Assembly (NCBI GenBank): GCA_023435025.1
Contig: JAEYSE010000022.1
Span: 2,690 to 66,689, forward strand
Direction: 5' to 3'
DNA length: 64,000 nucleotides
Source: Bacillota bacterium
GTDB taxonomy: Bacteria; Bacillota; Clostridia; Christensenellales; CAG-138
This document shows, in pieces, positions 1 through 11,708 of the stretch. Positions within the stretch are counted from its first letter, which is position 1. Every line of letters begins with the position of its first letter. A program made the translations under genes and the position numbers. The notes below the pieces were generated by a model. The model made no database searches. It saw only the letters and a list, made by a program, of their open reading frames with translations, and was not told the DNA's origin.

Positions 1-633
1 GCGATATTCTTCACAGGCGCCGAGCATATCCTGCGGAATCTCTTCCTCCCGGATATCCACGCCCATGTCGTCGTAATAGACCTCGGCCTTCATTTTGATG
101 AGGTCGATGATGCCTCGAAAACCCGCTTCCGCTCCGATGGGGATCTGAATGGGCACAGCGTTTGCGCCCAGGCGATCGTGCATCATTTGAACGACATTAA
201 AAAAGTCCGCGCCGGTGATATCCATTTTGTTGACGTAGGCGATACGGGGAACGCCATACTTGGTCGCCTGACGCCAAACGGTTTCACTTTGCGGCTCCAC
301 GCCGCCCTTGGCGCAAAATACTGCTACCGCGCCATCGAGCACGCGCAAAGAACGCTCCACTTCAACGGTAAAGTCCACATGGCCCGGCGTGTCGATGATG
401 TTGACGCGGTGCTCCCGCCAGTAGGCGGTAGTTGCTGCGGAGGCGATGGTGATGCCGCGCTCCTGCTCCTGCACCATGAAATCCATCGTAGCGGCGCCTT
501 CATGCACCTCGCCCACCTTATGGATCTTGCCCGTGTAAAAAAGGATACGTTCGGTGGTCGTGGTCTTTCCGGCGTCTATATGCGCCATTATGCCTATGTT
601 TCTGGTCATATCCAGGGATGTCTGTCTAGGCAT
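1..633 (-). CDS. fusA: Elongation factor G, N-terminal GTPase portion (3' end lies beyond the left edge)
   Basis: Reverse translation from ATG at 633-631 reads [31 protein letters not shown]...[20 protein letters not shown]. This shows the G1 motif AHIDAGKT and the G3 motif DTPGH. The gene follows rpsL-rpsG as in the str operon. It is absent from the ORF track because it is truncated. Confidence 0.93.
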   Translation of the reverse strand, partial: MPRQTSLDMTRNIGIMAHIDAGKTTTTERILFYTGKIHKVGEVHEGAATMDFMVQEQERGITIASAATTAYWREHRVNIIDTPGHVDFTVEVERSLRVLDGAVAVFCAKGGVEPQSETVWRQATKYGVPRIAYVNKMDITGADFFNVVQMMHDRLGANAVPIQIPIGAEAGFRGIIDLIKMKAEVYYDDMGVDIREEEIPQDMLGACEEYR

Positions 634-777
634 GGGCACGTTCCTTTCCGTTAAAGGGACAATGAGTAGTAACCATAAACAAAAAATCTTTCCTCCAATG
701 GGTTACAAAAGGATAATGGTCCATCCGCATGAAAACAAGCCGCGGATACGGCAAGGCCGTATCCGCGAACCTTCTGC

Positions 778-1248
778 TTACCAGCGATAGTTTGCGAATG
801 CCTTGTTGGCTTCGGCCATCTTGTGGGTGTCTTCCTTCTTTTTGAAGGCGTTACCCGCCTGATTGGCTGCGTCCATGATCTCGCCCGCAAGGCGCTGCAT
901 CATGGTGCGCTCGCCGCGATTGCGGGAATAGGATACGAGCCACCTGAGGCCAAGCGTCTGGCGACGCTCCGGACGGATTTCGATGGGGACCTGGTAAGTA
1001 GCACCGCCAACGCGGCGCGCCTTGACTTCCAGAACAGGCATGATGTTACCCATTGCCTGCGTAAACACTTCTAAAGGTTCGCGGCCGGTCTTTTCGCGCA
1101 CGATATCGAACGCGCCATAGCAGGCCTTCTGCGCGGTGCCGCGCTTGCCATCGAGCATGACCTGGTTGATGAGCTTGGTCACGACGATGCTGTTATAAAT
1201 GGGATCCGCAAGCACTTCGCGCTTGGGTATAAAACCACGTCTTGGCAT
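778..1248 (-). CDS. rpsG: 30S ribosomal protein S7
   Basis: 156 aa. [20 protein letters not shown]...[21 protein letters not shown] is a canonical S7 sequence. Lies between rpsL and fusA. Confidence 0.97.
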   Translation of the reverse strand: MPRRGFIPKREVLADPIYNSIVVTKLINQVMLDGKRGTAQKACYGAFDIVREKTGREPLEVFTQAMGNIMPVLEVKARRVGGATYQVPIEIRPERRQTLGLRWLVSYSRNRGERTMMQRLAGEIMDAANQAGNAFKKKEDTHKMAEANKAFANYRW

Positions 1249-1261
1249 GTTTTATTCCTCC

Positions 1262-1636
1262 TTACTTCTTCGGGCGCTTTGCGCCGTACAAGGAGCGGGA
1301 CTGCATGCGCTTTGCAACGCCAGCAGTATCGAGCGCGCCACGGATGATGTGATACCTGACGCCCGGCAGGTCCTTTACGCGGCCGCCGCGGATGAGCACA
1401 ACGGAGTGCTCCTGCAGGTTGTGGCCGATGCCGGGGATATAAGCGGTGCCCTCGAGGCCGTCCGTCAAACGGATACGAGCGATCTTGCGCAGCGCGGAGT
1501 TCGGCTTTTTCGGGGTCATGGTACGCACGGCGGTGCAAACGCCCCTACGCTGGGGACGCTTCTTGAGTATGGGGGAGTTGGACTTGTACTCCACCTGCTC
1601 CCTGCCTTTGCGGATCAATTGGTTGATCGTAGGCAT
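1262..1636 (-). CDS. rpsL: 30S ribosomal protein S12
   Basis: 124 aa. [15 protein letters not shown]...[10 protein letters not shown]...[11 protein letters not shown] is a canonical S12 sequence. Confidence 0.97.
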   Translation of the reverse strand: MPTINQLIRKGREQVEYKSNSPILKKRPQRRGVCTAVRTMTPKKPNSALRKIARIRLTDGLEGTAYIPGIGHNLQEHSVVLIRGGRVKDLPGVRYHIIRGALDTAGVAKRMQSRSLYGAKRPKK

Positions 1637-1766
1637 TCTATTTCCTCCTAAATATTATCCAGTCGCTTTTTTGTCCGGGGCCAGCGCCCGACCTTCAGCA
1701 TAGGTATTGGGCATTGGCAATGCAACGCGTTTGCGGCATCCTGCCGCCCGGTATCTATGTGTTAAG

Positions 1767-1793
1767 AAAACTCCCTGCAACCCCTTGAGGGAG
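1767..1793 (-). terminator. Hairpin plus T-run between ybxF and rpsL (possible internal attenuator or terminator)
   Basis: The minus strand reads CTCCCTCAAGGGGTTGCAGGGAG followed by TTTTCTT. The stem is CTCCCT/AGGGAG with inner CAA/TTG pairing. Confidence 0.4.
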
Positions 1794-1852
1794 AGATCAT
1801 CTAAATGGTTGAGGCGCCTTTTATGCATCCGGATACCAACCGAGTACCAATG

Positions 1853-2089
1853 CTACTTGCGCACTCCCGCGCATGCAGCGCCGACTTCGATGCCGCACAT
1901 TGCGCCCAGTTCCCGCATGGTATTTACCGTTTCCACGCTCACGTCGTGCTCCTCGCATGCGGTGCGCAGCCTATTCTGTAGGTATGACTCCGTGTCCAGG
2001 GCGATATACACGCGCCCGAGCGTACCCACCCCTACGGCTTTTAGCACCTGCTTGGTGCCGACCACGGCGTTCTGAATACGATCCGCCAT
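1853..2089 (-). CDS. ybxF: Ribosomal protein L7Ae family (YbxF-like)
   Basis: Translation is MADRIQNAVVGTKQVLKAV...MRELGAMCGIEVGAACAGV. The GTKQ..KA and CGIEVGAA motifs are typical of the small L7Ae/YbxF protein found between rpoC and rpsL in Firmicutes. I chose the start at M13 of the tracked ORF because it matches family length. Confidence 0.85.
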   Translation of the reverse strand: MADRIQNAVVGTKQVLKAVGVGTLGRVYIALDTESYLQNRLRTACEEHDVSVETVNTMRELGAMCGIEVGAACAGVRK

Positions 2090-2289
2090 TCCATACGCCC
2101 CTTTCGCCTTACCCGCGTGTCCCATTTTTCCCCGGAAAATCGAGGGAAAGCGGCCCGGAAATCAAGATACGCATGGTGCTTTTGAGAACAAACGTCCCGC
2201 AAAGGCGCACCATGCGTATTTTATCATCCAGCCGGGGTGTTGTCAAAACCTTTTTTATACAGCGTCGCAATTACGCATAATATAGGAGA

Positions 2290-3036
2290 TTATTGCTCCA
2301 CAGGGCAGACGGCATCCTCAGGCGTCCCGGTACCCACGCCCATATGCATACGCTTCCTAACAAACACCAGTCGAAGGCGCTTGCCGTTGACGTTGAGGGG
2401 GAACCAGCCATCCTCCCTCATTCGGCGAAGAATGGGGAGACGAAACGGATCCAGTTCCGTCAAACCCGCATAGCGCTTTTCCAATACACTGGAAAGCACC
2501 CGTCCCACGATGGCCGAAACAATTACCAGCGTCGCAAACAGCGCGAGCGGCAGCAGCATCGCGATACGCTCCAAAGCATCGGATACGCCGGGCAGCATCA
2601 GCGCAATCAGCGCGAGTATGCCCACAAACAGCGGTAGCAGTATGGGCAAGTACTCCAATGTTAGGATGCGCTTGCGGCAGGCGTTGCATACAGAAATCTG
2701 CACCGGCACAAGGGAGCCGACTGCCGATTTGATCTTAAGGCCGATGACGGAGCGCTTGGTGCGCTTGGGCTCCACATGCCCCAGATCCATCAGCCCGTAG
2801 TAGGCGCGCTTATTGGGATGCTGCTTTTTACAAAGCCTGCATTCGTCGGTGTCAAAGAGCGGGTGAATGCCGCCTTCGGGCAGCAAGGAGGACAGTACCT
2901 CCAAATCCTGGGCGACCTGATCGCTCTCCTCCTCTTTGCCGTTCATTACGCAGACCTCGCAGGAGGGCATATTGAGCAGATCGCAGTGCGGCGTATGGTA
3001 GAGCCTGCACTTTTCGTTGGTAATGACCCGTTTCAT
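2290..3036 (-). CDS. Hypothetical Cys-rich two-TM membrane protein embedded in the rpoBC-str cluster
   Basis: 248 aa. The N-terminal half has four Cys pairs: C10/C18, CEVC, CRLC and CNAC. Two hydrophobic helices follow (YLPILLPLFVGILALIALMLPGV and IAMLLPLALFATLVIVSAIVG), then a basic C-terminal domain. The ATG is 12 nt after the rpoC stop and is preceded by GGGGGAG. Confidence 0.7.
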   Translation of the reverse strand: MKRVITNEKCRLYHTPHCDLLNMPSCEVCVMNGKEEESDQVAQDLEVLSSLLPEGGIHPLFDTDECRLCKKQHPNKRAYYGLMDLGHVEPKRTKRSVIGLKIKSAVGSLVPVQISVCNACRKRILTLEYLPILLPLFVGILALIALMLPGVSDALERIAMLLPLALFATLVIVSAIVGRVLSSVLEKRYAGLTELDPFRLPILRRMREDGWFPLNVNGKRLRLVFVRKRMHMGVGTGTPEDAVCPVEQ

Positions 3037-3048
3037 TTGCGCTCCCCC

Positions 3049-6000
3049 TTACACGTTGGAGGTGTTTTCGCTTACCTCAACGTTCTTATACCGCTTGAGC
3101 CCTATGCCCGCGGGAATCAGCTTGCCGATGATGACGTTTTCCTTCAGGCCGACGAGCGGATCGATCTTGCCCTTTATGGCAGCTTCGGTCAGCACGCGCG
3201 TCGTCTCCTGGAAGGAGGCGGCGGACAGGAACGAGTCGGTCGCCAAACTCGCCTTGGTAATACCCAGGAGCTTGCGCTTTGCGATTGCCGGTTGGCCGCC
3301 GTTCATGATGACAGCCTCGTTCTCACGCTCAAAGCGGAATATGTCGATGAGTTCGCCGGGCAGCATTTCCGTATCGCCCGCGTCCTCGATCTGGACTTTC
3401 CGAAGCATCTGGCGGATGATGATCTCGATATGCTTATCGGAGATCTCAACGCCCTGCAGACGGTATACGCTCTGGACTTCCTTGAGCATATACGCCTGTA
3501 CGCCCTTAACGCCTTTGATCTTCAGGATGTCGTGCGGATTAATGGAGCCTTCGGTCAGCTCGTCACCAGCCTCCACCGTGTCTCCGTCGCGTACCTTGAG
3601 CTTGGAGCCGAATGGGATGAGGTAGGTTTCGCTTTCGCCGTCTTCATTGGAGATGATGGCTTCGCGCTTTTTCTTGCTGTCGCTGAGCTTCACAACGCCG
3701 TTGATCTCGGAAATGACCGCAAGACCCTTCGGCTTTCTCGCTTCAAAGAGTTCCTCCACGCGGGGAAGACCCTGTGTAATATCGTCTCCAGCGACGCCGC
3801 CCGTATGGAACGTACGCATCGTCAGCTGCGTACCGGGTTCGCCGATCGCCTGCGCCGCGATGATGCCTACCGCTTCGCCGATGTTGACTTCGTTGCCAGT
3901 CGCCAGGTTGGAACCGTAGCACTTGGCGCAAATTCCGTGTTCACTGCGGCACGTGAACACCGTACGGCAGGTGACTGAATCAAGGCCAAGCTTGCTTATC
4001 AGTTTGCACTCTTCCACATCGAGCAAGGTATTCGCTTTTATGAGTATCTCGCCGGTCTCCGGGTGCAACACATTGTCCGCTGTATAGCGGCCCAGCAAGC
4101 GATCGCCAAGGGGCTCAATCACCTTGTTGCCTTCATGAATAGCGGTAAAGCGCATGCCTTTGAGTGCCTCGCCGCGGACAGCAAAACAATCTTCTTCGCG
4201 CACGATAACATCCTGGGAGACGTCCACCAGGCGGCGGGTGAGATAACCGGAGTCCGCGGTTCGAAGCGCGGTATCCGCCAAACCTTTGCGCGCGCCGTGC
4301 GAGGAAACGAAGAACTCGAGCACAGTAAGGCCCTCGCGGAAGTTCGCGCGGATGGGCACCTCGATGATCTGGCCGGACGGGTCCGCCATAAGACCGCGCA
4401 TACCGGCAAGCTGGCGGATCTGCGCGGTGCTGCCGCGCGCGCCGGAGTTTGCCATCATGTAGATCGGGTTGTAGGGATCGAGCGACTTCATCAGCGCGTC
4501 GGTGACGTCGTTGGTGGTCTTTTCCCATACCTTGATTACGCGCTGCTTGCGCTCCGCGTCCGAGAACAGACCGCTGCGGAAGAGCCCGTCGATATTATCG
4601 ACTTCCTTTTCCGCCAGCTGCAGCAGTTCCGGCTTTTCCTTGGGGACTGTGATGTCCTGGAAGCCCACGGTGATGCCGCCGCGCGTGGAATATTGGAAGC
4701 CCAGTTTTTTGATGTTGTCCAGCACCTCGGAGGTGATGGTAGGGCCGTGCTTTCTGTAGCAGCTGTCCACGATCTTCCCAAGGTCCTTTTTAAGCACGAG
4801 GCGGTCTACCTCAAGCTGGAAGATATTCTCTTCCTTCGAGCGGTCCACATAGCCCAGGTCCTGCGGGATGGCGTTGTTGAAGAGCAGGCGGCCGACGGTG
4901 GTTTCAATTACCTTGCGGCGCTTTTCCCCGTTCCATACGCGCTCCACGCGTACCTTGACGCGGGCCTGCAAAGCGACAACGCCCGTCTGGTAGGCCATGA
5001 CTGCTTCGCTTTCGCTATGGAAGGCCTTACCTTCGCCCTTTGAGCCCGGACGGTCCAAAGTCAGGTAATAGCAGCCGATAACCATGTCCTGCGTGGGGGA
5101 AACAACCGGCTTACCGTCCTGCGGTTTCAATATGTTGTTGGAGGCAAGCATCAAAAAGCGTGCTTCTGCCTGTGCCTCCACCGAAAGCGGAACGTGTACG
5201 GCCATCTGGTCGCCGTCAAAGTCCGCGTTGTACGCGGTGCAGACGAGCGGATGCAGCTTTAGGGCGCGGCCTTCCACCAGCACCGGCTCAAACGCCTGAA
5301 TACCCAGGCGGTGCAGCGTCGGCGCACGGTTTAACAGTACCGGGTGGTCCTTGATGACGCTTTCAAGCACGCCCCAGACCTCGGGGCGCACGCGCTCCAC
5401 CATACGCTTGGCGGATTTGATGTTGTGGGCGTGGCCTTCCTCGACAAGCTTCTTCATGACGAAGGGCTTGAAGAGTTCGAGCGCCATTTCCTTGGGCAGG
5501 CCGCACTGGAACATCTTAAGATCCGGGCCTACCACGATAACGGAACGGCCGGAATAGTCCACGCGCTTGCCCAAAAGGTTCTGCCTGAAACGGCCCTGCT
5601 TGCCGCGCAGCATATCCGAAAGAGACTTTAAAGGCCGGTTGCCGGGGCCCGTAACGGGGCGGCCGCGACGGCCGTTATCGATGAGCGCGTCTACCGCTTC
5701 CTGAAGCATGCGCTTTTCGTTGCGCACGATGATATCAGGCGCCTTTAACTCCAACAGCCTCTTTAAGCGGTTGTTGCGGTTGATGACGCGGCGGTATAAA
5801 TCGTTCAAATCGGAGGTCGCAAAGCGGCCGCCGTCGAGCTGCACCATGGGGCGCAGTTCGGGCGGTATGACCGGCACGACGTCGAGTATGATCCATTCCG
5901 GCTTGTTGCCGGATTTTAAAAACGCTTCCACCACCTCAAGGCGTTTGATGGCGTTTGCGCGCTTCTGGCCCGAAGCGTCCCGGATTTCCTCCCTGAGCTG

Positions 6001-6570
6001 CTGATCCAGCTCAGGAAGCTTAATCTGCTTCAACAGCTCCTTGATGGCTTCCGCGCCCATACCGGCCTTAAAGGCCTTGGGGCCGTACTTCTGCTGAGCT
6101 TCGCGGTACTCCTTATCCGTCAACAGGCTCTTGTGCACGAGCGGCGTTGTGCCCGGATCTATGACCACGAAGTTCGCGAAATAGAGAATCTTCTCTAAAG
6201 CGCGGGGGGACATATCCAGCAACATCTTCATGCGGCAGGGGATGCCCTTGAAGTACCAAATGTGAGAGACCGGGGCGGCAAGCTCGATATGGCCCATGCG
6301 CTCGCGCCTGACCTTGGCTCTTGTGACTTCCACACCGCACTTGTCGCAGATGACGCCCTTGTAGCGCACCCGCTTGTAGCGCCCGCAATGGCATTCCCAA
6401 TCCTTGGTGGGCCCGAATATCCGTTCGCAGAACAGGCCGTCCTTTTCTGGTTTGAGTGTGCGGTAGTTGATGGTTTCCGGTTTCTTGACTTCACCGTGGG
6501 ACCAATCCCGCATCTTTTCCGGAGATGCGAGGCTAATCTGTATCGCATCGAAATTCGTTAGTTCAAACAA
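3049..6570 (-). CDS. rpoC: DNA-directed RNA polymerase subunit beta'
   Basis: Canonical beta' sequence, including [16 protein letters not shown] (the catalytic DFDGD motif) and the zinc-binding [24 protein letters not shown] prefer the TTG at 6570-6568, which gives (M)[18 protein letters not shown] like other beta' N-termini and has GGGAGAGA upstream. The ORF track extends to another TTG at 6597. Confidence 0.96.
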   Translation of the reverse strand: MFELTNFDAIQISLASPEKMRDWSHGEVKKPETINYRTLKPEKDGLFCERIFGPTKDWECHCGRYKRVRYKGVICDKCGVEVTRAKVRRERMGHIELAAPVSHIWYFKGIPCRMKMLLDMSPRALEKILYFANFVVIDPGTTPLVHKSLLTDKEYREAQQKYGPKAFKAGMGAEAIKELLKQIKLPELDQQLREEIRDASGQKRANAIKRLEVVEAFLKSGNKPEWIILDVVPVIPPELRPMVQLDGGRFATSDLNDLYRRVINRNNRLKRLLELKAPDIIVRNEKRMLQEAVDALIDNGRRGRPVTGPGNRPLKSLSDMLRGKQGRFRQNLLGKRVDYSGRSVIVVGPDLKMFQCGLPKEMALELFKPFVMKKLVEEGHAHNIKSAKRMVERVRPEVWGVLESVIKDHPVLLNRAPTLHRLGIQAFEPVLVEGRALKLHPLVCTAYNADFDGDQMAVHVPLSVEAQAEARFLMLASNNILKPQDGKPVVSPTQDMVIGCYYLTLDRPGSKGEGKAFHSESEAVMAYQTGVVALQARVKVRVERVWNGEKRRKVIETTVGRLLFNNAIPQDLGYVDRSKEENIFQLEVDRLVLKKDLGKIVDSCYRKHGPTITSEVLDNIKKLGFQYSTRGGITVGFQDITVPKEKPELLQLAEKEVDNIDGLFRSGLFSDAERKQRVIKVWEKTTNDVTDALMKSLDPYNPIYMMANSGARGSTAQIRQLAGMRGLMADPSGQIIEVPIRANFREGLTVLEFFVSSHGARKGLADTALRTADSGYLTRRLVDVSQDVIVREEDCFAVRGEALKGMRFTAIHEGNKVIEPLGDRLLGRYTADNVLHPETGEILIKANTLLDVEECKLISKLGLDSVTCRTVFTCRSEHGICAKCYGSNLATGNEVNIGEAVGIIAAQAIGEPGTQLTMRTFHTGGVAGDDITQGLPRVEELFEARKPKGLAVISEINGVVKLSDSKKKREAIISNEDGESETYLIPFGSKLKVRDGDTVEAGDELTEGSINPHDILKIKGVKGVQAYMLKEVQSVYRLQGVEISDKHIEIIIRQMLRKVQIEDAGDTEMLPGELIDIFRFERENEAVIMNGGQPAIAKRKLLGITKASLATDSFLSAASFQETTRVLTEAAIKGKIDPLVGLKENVIIGKLIPAGIGLKRYKNVEVSENTSNV

Positions 6571-6593
6571 TTCGCGTCTCTCCCTTCCCGCAC

Positions 6594-9500
6594 TCAAACA
6601 TCGAGATCATCGCCGGATTCGTCGTCCAGCAACAGCTCGCCATCCGTATCGTCATCGTCTGATTCCTCGTCAAACTCCTCAAAGTCGTCAAACTCGGAGA
6701 AGTCGTTAGCACTCGGCCTGAGTATCGGCGGCGCGTCCTCGGTGCCCGCGATGTTGACGTCGATGACGGAGGGTTCTTCCTCTTCCACCGATTCGCCGAT
6801 CTCGATGACCTCGCGGGTATCGGAAAGAACCTTAATATCAAGCGCAAGCGACTGCAGCTCCTTTATGAGCACCTTGAAGGATTCGGGTACGCCAGGCTGC
6901 GGTACGTTTTCGCCCTTGACGATTGCTTCATAGGTCTTAACGCGGCCCACGACGTCGTCAGACTTGACGGTGAGTATTTCCTGTAGGGTGTTCGCAGCGC
7001 CGTACGCTTCGAGCGCCCACACTTCCATCTCACCAAAGCGCTGGCCGCCAAACTGCGCCTTACCGCCCAGAGGCTGCTGCGTCACCAGCGAGTATGGGCC
7101 GGTGGAACGCGCGTGGATCTTGTCGTCCACCAAGTGCGCGAGCTTGAGGTAGTACATATAGCCGACGGAAACGCGGTTTTCAAAGGGCTCGCCGCTGCGG
7201 CCGTCGAAGAGCACCGTCTTACCATCTTCATTAAAACCGGCCTGCCTGAGGTGGAATTTGATATCCTCCTCGGTCGCGCCGTCGAATACCGGGGTGGCAA
7301 TGTGCCAGCCAAGCTTCTTTGCGGCAAGGCCCAAATGCAGCTCAAGCACCTGCCCGATGTTCATACGGGAAGGCACGCCGAGCGGGTTCAATACGATCTG
7401 CAGCGGGGTGCCGTCGGGCAGGAAGGGCATATCCTCCTGCGGCAGTATGCGGGAAATAACGCCCTTGTTGCCATGGCGGCCCGCCATTTTGTCGCCAACG
7501 GAGATTTTGCGCTTCTGCGCGATATAGACGCGGACCAGCTCGTTGACGCCGGGGGAAAGCTCATCCTTGTTTTCACGGGTGAACACCTTGACGTCCACAA
7601 TAATGCCATCTTCGCCATGCGGCACGCGCAAACTGGTGTCGCGTACCTCGCGTGCCTTTTCGCCGAATATGGCGCGCAGCAGGCGTTCTTCTGCGGTCAG
7701 CTCCGTCTCGCCCTTAGGCGTGACCTTACCAACCAGGATATCGCCGGAGCGAACTTCAGCGCCCGGGCGGATGATACCGTTTTCGTCCAGGTTCGCAAGC
7801 GCGTCTTCGCCGACGTTCGGGATGTCGCGCGTGATTTCTTCGGGCCCTAGCTTGGTGTCACGGGCCTCGGTTTCGTGTTCCTCTATATGGATGGAGGTGA
7901 ACACGTCGTCCTTCACAAGCTCTTCACTGATGAGCACGGCGTCCTCGTAGTTGTAGCCCTCCCATGTCATGAAACCGATGAGAATGTTGCGGCCAAGCGC
8001 AATTTCGCCCATATCGGTGGAAGCGCCGTCGGCCAGGACCTGGCCCTTTGCCACTTGCTCGCCCTTCTCCACGATGGGGCGCTGGTTCAAACAGGTGCCC
8101 TGGTTGGAGCGCTGGAACTTTGTGAGCTTGTAGGATTTAAAGGAACCGTCCCTGTGGGACTTCACAACGATCTTGCGGGCGGAAACGCTCGCCACCTCGC
8201 CGTCTTCCTGCGCAATGATCACAACGCCCGAGTCATGAGCGGCCTTATACTCCATGCCCGTGCCGACAACCGGCGCCTCGGGGACCAGAAGGGGTACTGC
8301 CTGACGCTGCATGTTGGAGCCCATCAGCGCACGGTTCGCGTCGTCGTTCTCAAGGAACGGGATCATGGCCGTCGCCACCGAAACCAGCTGCTTGGGTGAA
8401 ACGTCCATATAATCGACCTCTTCGCTTTTGACCTCTATGATCTGGTCAAGCAAACGGGCGACGACACGGCTCTTTTTAAACCAGCGGGTCTCCGGGTCGA
8501 TGGGTTCGTTAGCCTGCGCGACGATGAACGGATCTTCCTCGTCCGCGGTCAGGTATTCGATTTCGTCGGTAATAATATGGGCCTTAGCGTCTACCCTGCG
8601 GTACGGAGCTTCAATAAAGCCGTACTCGTTGATGCGCGCGTAGGTGGAAAGCGAGTTGATCAACCCGATGTTCGGACCTTCCGGCGTCTCAATGGGGCAC
8701 ATGCGGCCGTAATGCGAATAGTGTACGTCGCGCACGTCAAACGTGGCGCGCTCACGGTTTAGTCCTCCGGGGCCCAGCGCGGAAAGACGGCGCTTGTGCG
8801 TCAGCTCCGCCAAGGGGTTCGTCTGATCCATGAACTGCGAAAGCTGCGAGGAGCCGAAGAACTCCTTGATGGCCGCCGTCACAGGACGGATGTTAATAAG
8901 GTTAGAAGGCATGGCAACATCCATGTCCTGCAGGCTCATGCGCTCGCGCACCACGCGCTCCAGGCGGGTGAGGCCCACGCGCAGCTGGTTCTGCAAAAGC
9001 TCGCCCACGGAACGGATGCGGCGGTTGCCTAAGTGGTCGATATCGTCTATTGTGCCAATGTCGTAATTGAGGCCGATCAAATAGCTGATGGAGGCCACGA
9101 TATCATCCGGCACGATGTGACGCGGAATGAGATCGTGAACATGCTCCTTCAAAAACGCCTTCTTGCCCGCATCGTCCATGCTTTCGCACTCTTTTAAAAG
9201 CTGCATGAGCGTGGGGAAATGGACGTTTTCATTGAGGCCCGCTTCCATGGGATCAAACGAGAGTATGTTGCGCGGGTTGATAAACTGGTTGCCCAGTACT
9301 TTCACGCGCTTGTTTTCAAAGCGCAGCCATACGTAGGGAACGCCCGCGTTCTCAATTTCCTTAGCTTTCTTCCGGGTAACGACCTGACCCGCTTCCGCCA
9401 CGATCTCGCCCGTAATGGGGGAAATGGCGGCTTCGTCGAGCGTATGTCCGGATATGCGCCTTGCAAGCGAAAGCTTCTTATTAAATTTATAGCGGCCCAC

Positions 9501-10307
9501 GCGCGCAAGATCATAACGTTTGTCAAAAAACAGCGAGTTCAAAAGCGTACGCGCGCTTTCCTCCGTGGGAGGCTCGCCCGGACGCTGGCGTTTGTAGATT
9601 TCAATAAGCCCCTCTTCTACAGAAGAGGTGCCGTCTTTTTGCAATGTAAGCGACAGCCGCTCATCCGTCCCCAAAAGCTCCTCGATCTGCGCGTTGGTAC
9701 CATAGCCCAAAGCGCGCAGCAACGCGGTGATATGCACCTTGCGCTGGCGGTCGATTTTGACGAACAGCACCTCGTTTGAGTCGGTTTCATACTCCAGCCA
9801 CGCGCCCCGGTTGGGGATGACCTGGGTGGAGAAGAGCTGCTTGCCCGCCTTGTTGTCGATGGTCTTGGAATAGTACACGCCGGGCGAGCGGACGAGCTGG
9901 CTGACGATAACGCGCTCCGCGCCGTTGATGATGAACGTGCCCTGTTCGGTCATCAGCGGGAAATCGCCCATGAATACTTCCTGCTGCTTGACCTCTCCGG
10001 TTTCCTTATTAATTAGGCGCACGATAACCTTAAGAGGAGCCGAATAGTTGACGTCCCGCTCCTTGCACTCTTCCACGGAATATTTCGGGTTATTCCGGTC
10101 TATATAATAATCAACGAACTCCAGAACCAGCTTCTCGGAATAATCCGTAATGGGTGAGATGTCGTTGAGTACCTCCCGAAGGTCCTCCGCCAGAAACCGC
10201 TCGAACGAATTCTTTTGCACTTCGATCAGATCCGGCATATCCAGGACTTCGTTGATCCGGGAGAAGCTCATACGCGTCCGCTTCCCCATCTTCACCTCAT
10301 GCACCAT
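6594..10307 (-). CDS. rpoB: DNA-directed RNA polymerase subunit beta
   Basis: Canonical beta sequence, including [35 protein letters not shown] and [21 protein letters not shown] chose the start at ATG 10307-10305 (MVHEVK...), which matches clostridial RpoB N-termini. The tracked ORF extends 13 codons further. Confidence 0.96.
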   Translation of the reverse strand: MVHEVKMGKRTRMSFSRINEVLDMPDLIEVQKNSFERFLAEDLREVLNDISPITDYSEKLVLEFVDYYIDRNNPKYSVEECKERDVNYSAPLKVIVRLINKETGEVKQQEVFMGDFPLMTEQGTFIINGAERVIVSQLVRSPGVYYSKTIDNKAGKQLFSTQVIPNRGAWLEYETDSNEVLFVKIDRQRKVHITALLRALGYGTNAQIEELLGTDERLSLTLQKDGTSSVEEGLIEIYKRQRPGEPPTEESARTLLNSLFFDKRYDLARVGRYKFNKKLSLARRISGHTLDEAAISPITGEIVAEAGQVVTRKKAKEIENAGVPYVWLRFENKRVKVLGNQFINPRNILSFDPMEAGLNENVHFPTLMQLLKECESMDDAGKKAFLKEHVHDLIPRHIVPDDIVASISYLIGLNYDIGTIDDIDHLGNRRIRSVGELLQNQLRVGLTRLERVVRERMSLQDMDVAMPSNLINIRPVTAAIKEFFGSSQLSQFMDQTNPLAELTHKRRLSALGPGGLNRERATFDVRDVHYSHYGRMCPIETPEGPNIGLINSLSTYARINEYGFIEAPYRRVDAKAHIITDEIEYLTADEEDPFIVAQANEPIDPETRWFKKSRVVARLLDQIIEVKSEEVDYMDVSPKQLVSVATAMIPFLENDDANRALMGSNMQRQAVPLLVPEAPVVGTGMEYKAAHDSGVVIIAQEDGEVASVSARKIVVKSHRDGSFKSYKLTKFQRSNQGTCLNQRPIVEKGEQVAKGQVLADGASTDMGEIALGRNILIGFMTWEGYNYEDAVLISEELVKDDVFTSIHIEEHETEARDTKLGPEEITRDIPNVGEDALANLDENGIIRPGAEVRSGDILVGKVTPKGETELTAEERLLRAIFGEKAREVRDTSLRVPHGEDGIIVDVKVFTRENKDELSPGVNELVRVYIAQKRKISVGDKMAGRHGNKGVISRILPQEDMPFLPDGTPLQIVLNPLGVPSRMNIGQVLELHLGLAAKKLGWHIATPVFDGATEEDIKFHLRQAGFNEDGKTVLFDGRSGEPFENRVSVGYMYYLKLAHLVDDKIHARSTGPYSLVTQQPLGGKAQFGGQRFGEMEVWALEAYGAANTLQEILTVKSDDVVGRVKTYEAIVKGENVPQPGVPESFKVLIKELQSLALDIKVLSDTREVIEIGESVEEEEPSVIDVNIAGTEDAPPILRPSANDFSEFDDFEEFDEESDDDDTDGELLLDDESGDDLDV

Positions 10308-10586
10308 CGCGTTCACTCCTAACCGATGCATACGCATCAAAATCATTCAAATAAGAAAGTACCCACCCCAAACCCCGGCAACATGGGCACTTTTGCCAAT
10401 GTACCGTTTGGAGTATTGCCAAATGGGTGATGATATAAACCTTATTGTCCCGCTTCCGCCAAAAAGGGAAAAGGCGCACATCATCCCATACATGTGCAGT
10501 TTATAATAATATCATTGCTGCACACAAGTGTCAATATATGATTTTCTTGAAAGGAAACTTTATTTCCCGGGCAACAGCGCGGTCCA

Positions 10587-11681
10587 TCATTTTAATTTTG
10601 CAAATATCATCCTTCCCGCAGCCGTCTGCAGCACGCTGGTGACCACGGTTTCCACCGTTTCCCCAATATAGCGCCGCCCGTTTTCCACCACAATCATCGT
10701 ACCATCGTCAAGGTAACCTACGCCCTGGCCGGACTCCTTGCCTTCCTTTACAACCGCAAGGGTCATTTCCTCTCCGGGCAGCACAACGGGCTTTATGGCG
10801 TTTGCAAGCTCGTTGATATTGAATACCGGTACGCTCTGGACGCTTGCGACTTTGTTGAGATTATAGTCGTTGGTAATGACAACGCCGCCTAACTCCTGCG
10901 CAAGCCTTAATAGCTTTGCATCCACCTCGGCGATATCCTCAAAATCCCGTTCCTCCACATGCACTGTCATATTAAGTTCCTTCTGCATGCGGTGCAGGAT
11001 ATCAAGCCCTCTGCGCCCGCGCCCGCGCTTTAAAGAGTCGGCGCTGTCGGCGATATGCCGAAGTTCCTGCAGCACAAAACCGGGCACGACGAGCTTGCCC
11101 TCCATAACGCCGGTTTGGCAAATATCGAATATGCGTCCGTCTATGATAACCGAAGTGTCCAAAATCTTCGGGCGCGCCATCACGCTTGTCCGCTCCTTTT
11201 TATCGGAGGATTTGAACCAACCAGGCTCGGCAATCTCATTTCTGCGCCGGAGCGTGACGCTTACCCCAAGATAACCACAGAACACGTAAAGGCCCACATT
11301 GATAATGGCCGCAATCCAGGGCACAGGAATCCGGTTCACAAGCGTCCCCAAAAGCAACGCCAAAAGGAGCCCTAAAATAAGGCCCAGTACCGTAAAGAAA
11401 ATATCCGAAAGGGGCATTTTTGAGAGTGTTTCTTCCGTGTTCCGAACGGCCCCGCCGATAGCATCCATGATTTTGGGTGATAGAATAAAAAATAAAATTG
11501 CAAAAACAGAAGCACCCACTACATAGATCATTACCAGCGCCCATGTCAAAAGCGAAACATGGATGCTTGTCAGGCCGAATGCCACAATGATGTTGTCCAC
11601 CACCGCAATCACTCCGCAGCCAAGCGCCGCGCCCAAAAGCATAATGACGACGCGCAGCATCTTTCGTACCAAAGCATTCAC
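10587..11681 (-). CDS. yacL: PIN/TRAM-domain membrane protein (YacL-like)
   Basis: 364 aa. Four N-terminal TM helices, then a PIN-like region (KILDTSVIIDGRI..., ITNDYNLNKVA) and a TRAM-like C-terminus (GEEMTLAVVKEGKESGQGVGYLDDGTMIVVENG). Confidence 0.8.
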   Translation of the reverse strand: MNALVRKMLRVVIMLLGAALGCGVIAVVDNIIVAFGLTSIHVSLLTWALVMIYVVGASVFAILFFILSPKIMDAIGGAVRNTEETLSKMPLSDIFFTVLGLILGLLLALLLGTLVNRIPVPWIAAIINVGLYVFCGYLGVSVTLRRRNEIAEPGWFKSSDKKERTSVMARPKILDTSVIIDGRIFDICQTGVMEGKLVVPGFVLQELRHIADSADSLKRGRGRRGLDILHRMQKELNMTVHVEERDFEDIAEVDAKLLRLAQELGGVVITNDYNLNKVASVQSVPVFNINELANAIKPVVLPGEEMTLAVVKEGKESGQGVGYLDDGTMIVVENGRRYIGETVETVVTSVLQTAAGRMIFAKLK

Positions 11682-11708
11682 CTCTTCATATTTGTTGATG
11701 GAAAAGAT

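Noticed and set aside
2776-3978. A 400-aa plus-strand ORF, plus many other 60-330-aa ORFs on the plus strand across 3.0-10.3 kb.
   Set aside because: They lie antisense to rpoC and rpoB, whose translations are unmistakable. The products are low-complexity and rich in Ala, Arg and Leu, typical of shadow ORFs in GC-rich coding DNA.
6594-6800. The highly acidic C-terminal tail of RpoB (…[36 protein letters not shown]) considered as a novel fusion.
   Set aside because: Variable acidic C-terminal extensions of beta are common in Firmicutes, and the overall length (about 1237 aa) is normal for Clostridia. I judged it not distinctive enough without an alignment.
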